DNA of 64,000 nucleotides. It comes from the human T2T-CHM13v2.0 reference genome, Homo sapiens. Shown piece by piece: positions 54,824-64,000 of the stretch; position 1 is the stretch's first letter, and each line of letters starts with the position of its first letter. The DNA lies in assembly GCF_009914755.1 (NCBI RefSeq), contig NC_060933.1. One strand, given 5' to 3'. The notes under the pieces were generated by a model. That model saw only the letters and a program-made list of their open reading frames with translations. It searched no databases and was not told where the DNA came from. The translations under genes were made by a program, and so were the position numbers.

Positions 54824-55212
54824 CGTATTAGTTCGTTCTCACATTACAATAAAGAACTACCTGAGACTGGGTAGTTTATAGAGAAAAGAGGTTTAATTGG
54901 CTCACAGTTCCACAGGCTGTACAGGAAGCATGGTTGGGGAAGGCCTCAGGAAACTTACAATCATGGCAGAAGGCCAAGGAAGAAGGAGGCACGTCTTACA
55001 CAGCCAGAGCAGGAAGAAGAGAGAGTGAAGGGGGTGGTGCTACACACTTTTAAACAACCAGATCTCGTGAGAACTCACTCTCTATTACAAGAATAGCAAG
55101 GGTGGAAATCTGCCCCCATGATCAAATCACCTCCGACCAAGTCCCTCCTCCAACATTGAGGATTACAATTCGACATGAGATTTGGGTATGGACACAAATC
55201 CAAACCCTATCA
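54824..55212 (-). mobile_element. MSTA/THE1D-like solo LTR
   Basis: gtattagttcgttctcacatt...ggcctcaggaaacttacaatcatggcagaagg...caaaccctatca; 5-bp TSD tatta. Confidence 0.92.
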
Positions 55213-55334
55213 TATTATTAACAGATTTTGCTGTACCTAGCTGTTACTGGTATACTATCAACTAATGCTAAAGTATTTTAAAATTTAAAGACTGGTAAGA
55301 CATACTGGTAAATAGCTCAGAATGCCAGCCCTGC

Positions 55335-57050
55335 TGAGAGGTATATATTTAAAAGGGAGAGTTACAATTGTCATTCTTCGTAGCTGATGTATTGACCTAT
55401 GAAAGCCAAGAAGATCAAAGGAAAAAATATTCAAAGCATTTAGTAAGAATTTGTAGTGCAAAAATATCAACAATGTATGTGTATATGAATAGCTATATGT
55501 AGATCTACATCTATAACTAGCTTTTCTATATAGCAAGGATAATTTCAACTTAATAAAAATATGCATAACATTGTGAAGAACAGAACTTAACTGGGGAACA
55601 TAAAAGAAGATACATTATTATCCTAAATGGAAGGATTCAATATTGGAACTCTCCTCAAATTAATCTGTATGTTAACACTATCTCTATCAAAATCTTGCTA
55701 TTTTTATACTTGATACAATTATTTTAAAGGTATTTATATAGGTATTAAATTTTATTTAAAAAATGCAAGAATAGAAAAAAGCTGGAAAAAAATAAGGTGG
55801 GGTGTATTGGATCTGCTTTACTAAATGTTAATATGTGCTAAAAGTTTGCAATATGAAAATAATATAGTTCTAAGACAAGAATAAATGAAGACACTAACAA
55901 AACAGAATAGAAAGTCCTCAAAAGACTCAAGGCGTACAGCAATTCAGTATATTATAAGGACAGCATCTCAAAATCAAAGGAAAAAGAACAACTATTCAAT
56001 AAATGATGGTACAACTGGCTAGCCATTTTTAAAAAAAGAAAGTTGGATGCCTAACTCACATCATACACCAAAGTAAATCCCAGTAACATGAAAGACATAA
56101 ACATCAGTGAGACATTTAGAGCAATTAGACAAAAATATAGAGGAATATTTACATAATCTCGAAATAGAAAGGGCTCTTTTAACCATTATAAAATAGTTGT
56201 ATAAAAATAATGAGTAAAGTAAAAAATAAACTAATCTATGAGAAAAATTTGAACATTCCAATAGAAAAGTGGACAGGAGCATACTTATGAATAAACACAG
56301 GCAGCCAGTAAGCATAAGAAAAGATGCTTAACTCAGCTATAATTAGAGAATGAACATAAAAGCAAGATATCAGTTTTCACTCATCATGTTGGTCACAAGT
56401 AGAAAAAACCATGCCGTCTATTGGCTAGAGTATGGAGAAAGAAAGGTTTCAATTAGAGCAGTCGCTTGAGGTGGGAGTGGAGTAACAACTTGGAAGTACT
56501 TAGTCAAGTTCTTAAAATATTCATAATCTTTAATGCAGTAATTCCATATTTAAGAAAATATTCAGGAATGTTTATAACAATGAATGCTCAAGATACTTTT
56601 TACAATATTACCTATCGATAAAAAATCAAAAATGACATAAATGGACAAAACATGGGTTTGGTATATTCATATAAGAAGAGGTATACTATGTTCTTATATA
56701 TCACATAGCATATATACTATATAATAAAGTTATGGTATAATCATATGAAATATACTGTCACAAAATGTTATATTTTACTTGGAGAAGAGTTCATGATACA
56801 ATTTGATTCATAAAAGCATCATTTCAAGCAGCACATAAACTTTGATGTCATTGTTTTTAAAAGCTTATTACTCATACATCTGTATTATATGTAAGCGTAG
56901 AAAGTATTTGTCAAGCTTTATACTAAAATACTAACACTCATCAGCTTTAATGGTAAGCTTAAAGATGATTTTACTTTTCGCTCTTTTTGCTGATCTGTAT
57001 TTTTTCAACACTTAGACACGAATGACTTCTACAATAATATATATATTTTA
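55335..57050 (+). mobile_element. Ancient L1 late ORF2 and 3' end
   Basis: actattcaataaatgatggtacaactggctagccatt; aagttggatgcctaactcacatcatacacc. Confidence 0.7.
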
Positions 57051-57260
57051 AATATTGCTTAGGTTGCCACCCATTAAGTATGGTCCTTAATATTTCAAAG
57101 GAGTGTGCTCTGTTGGCTTCATACAAAGGGGAAGAGGAGAATTGGGCTCAGAAGGACTGGCTCAGTCTCCTGGAGACTGATGTTGTTGGCTCATATAAAT
57201 GGTAAAAATGTACAGTGAGAGAAGACTGCCAACCCGCCTGGGTGTCTGGAGAGGTGGAGT

Positions 57261-57352
57261 CCACGAGCATCCACCATGGGCTGGAAGGAAAGCTATCTCA
57301 GGTGCCCCACGAGCATCCACCTCGGGCTGGAAGGAAAGCTATCTGAGGTGCC
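57261..57352. repeat. 46-bp tandem duplication
   Basis: ccacgagcatccacc(at/tc)gggctggaaggaaagctatct(c/g)aggtgcc x2. Confidence 0.95.
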
Positions 57353-58039
57353 CTAGACTCCCAGACAGTCAGGGAGTGTTCTGTGGGTTGAGTTGCCCCA
57401 TCTCATGGGCCTGTGGCTCTGGTCCTCTCTGCCAGGGAATCAGACACCGGTCCCTGCTGAGTGTGGGCTCCACATGTCCCAGTCACCTTTCTAATTCTGG
57501 CTTTATTGATTTCTGGGATGAACAACCACCATTCTCCTTTATGTCCAATGGTGTTACCAAGAAGGGTAAATATGACCGTGCTCAGCTCACAGCTCCCATC
57601 TTCTGCCTCACCAAGCTCCTTGTTCAGCCAAGTGACATAGCACCCCACATTATTATCTACTGACAGGCCTGTGTCTGTCATCAGACTTTGCTTCCACTAG
57701 CTCAAGAACCCACCTGGTTTGTATCTGCGGCTCTAGCATTTGGCCAGATGCAGTAAACCTGTTGCTAATCCTCGGAAATTTGAGATGAAATTTCATTTTG
57801 CCTGCTGTTCCCCAATACCATTCACACATTCAAACAAGCGGTCATTGAGGAACATCTGTGCCTAATAAATACCTGCTTTTCTGCCTAAACAGCACCCACC
57901 AGCAACTGACAAACATCTGTCAGTGATTAGTGAGAAGTACAGAGTGGCAGGGTATTGGCCTAAGCTGAGAAAGAGCTGGATTCCTTCCTCCCTCTCCTTC
58001 CGCATGGTCCCCTCACAAGGAAGGGCAAGCCCAGGATTT

Positions 58040-58260
58040 GGACAGAGTATTCCAAGAGCACAGAATTTGGGGATCAAATGATGGCTCGGTCACTTAGAAG
58101 CTGTGTCATCTTCAGCAACTGACTTCACCTCTCTGATCCTGTTTCTTTGATTGTAAACTTGAGACTAATAAGTGCACACCTTATGAAACACTTTTGATTA
58201 TTATATGAAATAATGTATGTAAAGTGCATAGCCTCAGGTCAATAAGTGGAGCTTTAGTTG
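58040..58260 (+). mobile_element. MIR SINE
   Basis: gctgtgtcatcttcagcaactgacttcacctctctgatcctgtttc. Confidence 0.7.
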
Positions 58261-58335
58261 TTGCTGTTCTTATTCTGGTGATGATGATATGTATTAGATG
58301 AGTTAACTCTGGTGAGACTGAAGGACCTTGCCTTG

Positions 58336-58717
58336 TGTGTTAGGCTGTCCTTGTGTTGCCATAAAAAAACTTCTGAGGCTGGGTCATTTATAAAGAAATG
58401 AAGTTTAATTGACTTATGGTTCTGCAAGCTTCAAGGAAGCATGGTGGGGGCATCTGCTTGGCTTCTGGTGAGGCCTCAAGAAGCTTACAATCATGGTGAA
58501 AGGTGAAGGGGAGCAAGAGAGAGAGAGAGAGTGGGAGAGAGGTGCCGCACACTTTTAAATAACCAAATCTCATAAGAACACACTCACTATTGTGAGGACA
58601 GTACCAAGCCATGAGGGATCCACCTGCATTACCCAAACACCTCCCACCAGGCCCCGTCTCCAATACTGGGGATTACAATTCAACAAGATATTTGGAGGGG
58701 ACATCCAAACTACATCA
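58336..58717 (-). mobile_element. MSTA/MSTB solo LTR
   Basis: tgtgttaggctgtccttgtgttgccataaa...catctgcttggcttctggtgaggcctc...acatccaaactacatca; TSD ccttg / cctgg. Confidence 0.9.
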
Positions 58718-59569
58718 CCTGGACCTCATCACTGTTTGCCATGCCCTTAGACTTGGGTCATGGTGAGACTGGAGAACTCCCATATGACAGATGAGGCTAC
58801 TGAGGCCCAGAGGAGATGTGACTTGCTCAAGGTCACCAAGTAAGCCTGTCATCATGACCATCAAGACCCAAGTCTTCTTTCCAGGCAAATGCCTTCCATC
58901 AAGGCACATGTTCCCTCTGAGGAAGAATTGGGCCTTTAAAAAAGAAATTTAGCCTCTAGGAGGAAAGAGATTTCTCCATTTTCTTGCCTTGACATGAGTT
59001 TCCCTGGCACAATTGTCTTTGCATCATTGGTGGGTGGTGAAGGTGGGCTGGTGTTTTCTGATGCATGTTTTACATTTGCTAATTCCATCTCAGCCACCAC
59101 ACACTGGTCTACCCTGAAGAGGCTTACTGAGAAGAGCTGGCAGAGCCAAGCTTCCCTTCTCTTCAGGGAAAAGATGCCTCTGGTTGGAAGTCTGCCATCA
59201 CCCTTGTATGGCTTGTGGATCCAGAGCACAGCACACTGGGGTATTAAAATGCCAGTGCCTGCTCCTAACAAAACTGCCTCACCAGCTGGCCAGGATCAGC
59301 ATGTTTCTCATTCTCTGAGGTTGCCAGCTCAGTGTTTTCCTGCCCTGTGGAATGGTGTTTCTGCAAAACACTCTGGGATAGAGGGTACCATGGGCAGAAA
59401 AGTTTGGGAAGTTGTGCGAGCCACATTTCCCTCTTGGAAATGCTCCTTGCAAATTAGCATAATATAACCTCTGAAAAGTAGTCAGAAAGGGATTTGTCAT
59501 CTCACATCTTGCAAATTTATGTAATCACAGAATATAACTTTTTAAAAAGGCAAAATAGTTATTATCACA

Positions 59570-59870
59570 TGGTTGGTTCCCTCACTTCTCTCTGGTCTCT
59601 AATGAAGTGTCATCCCCTCAGAGAGGATCTACCTGGTCCCTTTGGCCAAAACAGGACCTCGTGTCTCTTTGGGTCTTCACCCTGCTTTTTGTTTCCTTAT
59701 GGCACTTTGACATGTGGCACAATGTTTGTTTTTATGCTTATTTATCTGTTTATCATTTATCTCCCTCTCAGAATGTAAGCTCCATGATGGAAAATTTTCT
59801 TTTTCACTGCTATACTTCCAGTTTCGGATACACAGTAAGTGCTAAATAGACGCTGTCGAACAAATGAATA
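59570..59870 (+). mobile_element. L2 3' fragment
   Basis: ctcagaatgtaagctccatga...acacagtaagtgctaaata. Confidence 0.7.
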
Positions 59871-60484
59871 TTCCTGCAAAAGAATTTAGCATCCTGGAAC
59901 TCAGTTTTCATGGATGTCACAAAAATGGTGGTCTTGAATAATTCCTTTGTCTCAGATATAAATTTCTAAGCCAATTGGTGTAACTTTAACTGGGTTGCAC
60001 AAATTAACATCAGCTCTGTGAAATTAGAAATTAATACAGAAGTGCAGACAACTCTCTAAAATAGCTCATGTTTCCATTGGAAGTAACATCTAGATATCCC
60101 TGTCTTTCTCCTCTCATTTAACCAGCACTTACTCTGTGCCAGATATCATGCTAATCATTGGACATATATTTTTCTCAATGAATCCTCACAATGACCTTGT
60201 GAGAAAGAGATTATTGTGTTCATTTTGTAGGTGAGGAAGAAGATTCAAAGGATTTAAGCAAATTCCTCAGAAAGAGAATGGGTTTATGGATCCATTTTGG
60301 GAGAATTGCCATGATGACAATACTGAGTTTTCCAATCCGTGAACATAGGATGTGTTTTAGTTTATTTAGATCTTCTTTAATTTCTGCTAGCAGTGTTCTG
60401 TAGTTGTTAGTATACATGTCTAGCACTTCATTTGTTAAATGTAATATAGTTTATTCTTTATTTTATTTTATTGTGAATGAAATG

Positions 60485-60617
60485 TTTTTTTGTTTTAAAT
60501 AGAGACAGGAGCTCCCTATGCTGTGCAGGCTGGTCTCAAGCTCCTGGGCTCAAATCATCCTAGCACCTCAGCCTTTCAAGTAGCTGATACTACAGGTGCA
60601 CACCACTGCACTGGGCT
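60485..60617 (-). mobile_element. FLAM Alu monomer
   Basis: tagagacagg...caggctggtctcaagctcctgggctcaa. Confidence 0.82.
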
Positions 60618-62238
60618 GGAATGTTTTTTATTATCTTGTTATTTTATTGTGAATGGAATAATTTAACTGAGTAGCGTGTTGTTAACATAAGGAAATACAA
60701 TTCATTTTTGTCTATTCTTCTTGTATTTTCATTGCTAGCAGTTTTTCTGTGGATTCCTTGAGGGATTTTGTACATAAGGGTTCATGTCATCTCTGAATAA
60801 AGGCAATTTTACTGTTTCCTTTCCAATTTGTGTGACTTTGTTTGTTTTGTTTGTTTGCCTTATTGTATTGGTGAAAACTTCCATACAATGGTGAATAGAA
60901 ATGATGAAAGCAGACATCCTTCCCTTGTTCTTGATCTTAACAGTAAAGCATTCAGTCTTTCACCATTAAGAATGATGGTAGCTATGGCTATTTTATAGAT
61001 GCCACTCTTTTCCTAATTTGTTGGGATTTTATCAATAATACTAGTTGTTGGATTTTGTCTTGTTTTTTTCCGAGTCTACTGAGATGATTATGTGGGTTTT
61101 TTTCTTTTTATATTACTAATATGATGTATTACATTAACTGCTTTTCGTATGCTGAACCAACCTTGCATTCTTGTGACAAAACTCATATGGTCATGATGTA
61201 TGATCCTTTGAATATGCTGCTGGATTCACTTTGCTAGTATTTTGTTGAGGGGTTTTGCATGTACATTCATAAGAGATAGTAGTCTGTAGTTTTCTTGTGA
61301 TATTTTTGTCTGGTTTTGGTTTCAGGATAATATTATTATTATAGAATGAGCTAGGAAGTGTTCTCTTCTGTATTTTTAAGAGTTTATGAAAAATTGATAT
61401 TATTTCTTTAATATGTGATCAAATTCACCAGTGAAGTCATCTGGGTCTGATCTTCATGGGAAAATTTTTCATTTAGTTACATTATGATTGACACAAAGTT
61501 TTCATAATATTCCTTTATAATCTTTTTTATTTATGTTAAGACTCTAATAATGGCTCCTCTTTCATTCTTGATTTTGGTAATCTGTGCCTTCTCTCTTTTG
61601 TTCTTGGTCAGTCCAGCTAAAGGTTGTCAATTTTGTTGATCTTTTCAAAGAACCAAATTTTGGTTTCATTTTCTCTATTTTTAATCTTTTAAAATGTTAC
61701 ATTTTATCTGATCTTTGTTATTTTCTTTTTTCCTGCTTGTTTGGTTTTTATTTACTCTTCTTAGTTTTGTAGGATCAAAGTTTAGGTTATTGATATAATC
61801 ACAATGTGAGGCCTTATTAATGCACCCCTTATTCCCTTCAATTTCATACCTGTTATAGGCATTTAAAGCATTAAATTTCTCTCTAAGCACTTTTTTAGCT
61901 GCATCTCATAAATTTTGGTATATTATGCTTTCATTTTCAATAAGTTAAAGATATTTTCTAAGTGCCTTTGTGATTTCTTCTTTAACCAATTTGTTATTTA
62001 GAAATGTTTAGTTTCCTAAATTTTCCTCTATTGTTGATTTCTAATTTAATTATATTATGATAGAGAACATATTTTGTATAATTTCAATCCTCTTAACCTT
62101 ATTGAGACTTGTTCTGTGGTCTGTCTTGAAAAATGTTTCATGTGTGTTCAAAAAGAATGTGAATTCTGCTGTTCTTGGGCGAGTGTTCTATAGATATTAA
62201 ATACTTCAAGTTGGTTGATAATGCTGTGTAAATCCTAC

Positions 62239-62640
62239 TGTTGTGAACACTCTCAAACCCAGGGCCACTTTAAGGATATACCTAATCCCATATTTCTGTC
62301 TCTAGACACAAATTATTGAAATTTCTGATTTCAGTCCATTAAATCCAGATGTGGCATGGACCTGCCACCCAAACTTTGGTTTGGGGATTGAGTCTGATGA
62401 TGCCATAACATACTAAGAGAGTAGAAAAAGGTTTATTACTCTCCAAATGAAGTTTTCTGGAGAGATCAGGAAAGGTTCTCACACTGGTCCCACTCCCCCT
62501 CCACTTCTCCCCACCAAAAAAACTGCTTAAGAGAGCAAGCAAAGGAGACTGAGCTGGGGTTTTATGCTGTGATTAAAAGATGGGGACGCAGTGAGGGTTC
62601 CCAAGTGTGTAGGCTGGAGCTTGCATGGTATGTATTCTCC
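62239..62640 (-). mobile_element. LTR fragment (ERVL group, MER74/LTR53-like) in L1
   Basis: tttggtttggggattgagtctgatgatgcc...aaggtttattactc interrupts the L1 sequence. Confidence 0.4.
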
Positions 62641-62797
62641 AGTTATTGTTATTGAACTGTGTTTTTCTTTTCAATTCTTTAGTTTTTATTTCATGCATTT
62701 TGGGCCTGTGTTATAAGGTACACATATAAGTGCTATATTTTCCTTGTGTTTTTTCTCTTATATTATTATGAAATATCCCTCTTTGTCTGTAGTACTA

Positions 62798-62961
62798 TTT
62801 GTTGTTGTTGTTGTTAGATACAAGGTCTCACTGTTGGCCAAGCTGGAGTGCAGTGGCATGGTCATAGCTCACTGTAACCTCAAACTCCTGGGCCTGAGTG
62901 ATCCTCCTGCCTCAGCCTCATGAGTAGCTAGGACTATGGGTACATGCCATGATGCCCAGCT
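62798..62961 (-). mobile_element. Alu right monomer (FRAM/AluJ-like)
   Basis: (TTG)n tail, gctggagtgcagtggcatggtcatagctcactg. Confidence 0.85.
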
Positions 62962-63041
62962 TAGTTCTTGTCTCATAGTCTATTTTTGTGATGTTATTAT
63001 GGCCACTCTAGCTCTCTTTTGGTCACTGCTTGTAGGGCATA

Positions 63042-63376
63042 TATTTTTTCTTTTCTTTTCTTTCTTCCTTTTTTTTTTTTTTTTTTTTTAGATGGGGTCT
63101 CACTCTGTTGCCCAGGCTGGAGTGCAGTGGCGTGATCTCGGCTCACTACAACCTCCAACCTCCGTCTCCTGGGTTCAAGCGATTCTCCTGCCTTAGCCTC
63201 CCAAGTAGCTGGGATTACAGGCATGCACCACCATGCCTGGCTACTTTTTATATTTTTATAGAGACAGGGTTTCTCCATGTTGGCCATGCAGGTCTCAAAC
63301 TCCTGAACTCAGGTGATCCACCCACTTCAGCCTCCCAAAGTGCTGGGATTACAGGCATGAGCCACTGCGCCTGGCC
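63042..63376 (-). mobile_element. AluSx-like
   Basis: Full dimer with poly-T. Confidence 0.96.
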
Positions 63377-63821
63377 AGCATATCTGTTTTCTATCCTCTA
63401 TATTTTAACTTATCTGTGTCTTTGAATCTAAGGTGTGTCTTTTAGACAGAGCATGCAATTGAATTGTGCTTTTTTAAAAATAGAATCTGACCATGTCTTC
63501 CTTTTGATTGGGATAATTAGACTATTCACTTTTAATGTAATTGTTGATAGGTTGGATTTATATTTGTCATTTCATATTTTTTCTATATATCTCCTATCTT
63601 TTTATCCTGTTTTTTCTTTACTTTCTCATTTTGTATTAAATATTTTTGTATACCATTTAACACCTATTTATTTCTTAGTTATTTTCTTGTTGGTAGCTCT
63701 AGGATTATAATATGCATGTTAACTTACCACTATGTACTTCATAATACTAACTCCATTCTAGTAAAATATAGAAACTTTGCTTCTATGTAGCCCCATTCCT
63801 TCTTTTCCTCCTTTGTGCTGT

Positions 63822-63960
63822 TATGTATGTGTATGTATGTATATACATACACACATTCACATACATACATACTTATATATGTATATGTATATACACATAT
63901 AATGTATATATATGTGTATACATATATATATTATATACACACACACACACATATATATTA
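63822..63960. repeat. (TA/TG/CA)n compound microsatellite
   Basis: Directly visible. Confidence 0.92.
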
Positions 63961-64000
63961 TCAGGTTATAAACCTAATAATATAATGTTGATATTATTGT

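Larger units (their letters stand above)
51044..55333 (-). mobile_element. Near full-length hAT-Tip100 (Arthur1-like) DNA transposon with decayed transposase
   Basis: Minus-strand peptides WNEKQLDYF..YKWL..KDCS, KISIIEEASNVS..VLIIYLKC, LGRKSTVLAKILGKCLNVLMWYCPIH*IQLSLNDA and RILGP*WAA; terminus CAGGGCTGGCATTCTGAGC at 55333; L1 host on both sides. Confidence 0.8.
60277..64000 (-). mobile_element. L1M LINE ORF2 region, antisense, with nested Alus; runs off the window
   Basis: Minus ORF NYRTLLAEIKEDLNKLKHILCSRIGKLSIVIMAILPKWIH is an L1 ORF2 remnant. Confidence 0.88.

Noticed and set aside
57199-57663. 154-aa ATG-initiated ORF in unique DNA
   Set aside because: No recognisable domain; contains a non-triplet tandem duplication
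58994-59467. 157-aa ATG-initiated ORF in unique DNA
   Set aside because: No recognisable homology or gene-structure support; cannot be excluded without PhyloCSF or Ribo-seq

Overview
Primate (human-like) non-coding genomic DNA. I can support no intact protein-coding gene, rRNA, tRNA or CRISPR array; nearly all long ORFs are read-throughs of Alu, L1, LTR or simple repeats. About 1-27 kb is of moderate GC, rich in MIR/L2/Alu, and holds several repeat-free, homeobox/TCF-motif-dense blocks that look like developmental-enhancer CNEs, a strong CTCF motif and a TSD-flanked 33-nt U2 snRNA retrocopy. About 27-57 kb is an AT-rich nested stack of old L1s. It contains (i) a chimeric provirus with an ERVL (MLT2) 5' LTR joined at the primer-binding site to a MaLR (MLT1A) internal region and MLT1A 3' LTR, (ii) a ~4.3-kb hAT-Tip100 (Arthur1-like) transposon fossil whose decayed transposase resembles KIAA1586, and (iii) a twin-primed L1PA. 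About 60-64 kb is a minus-strand L1. The best second-look items are the MLT2/MLT1A chimera (a possible fossil of ERVL-MaLR co-packaging), a short UCP/SLC25-like peptide relic at ~12.4 kb, and several locally templated duplications. Subfamily names and protein similarities come from memory of consensus sequences and need Dfam/BLAST confirmation; many boundaries are approximate.
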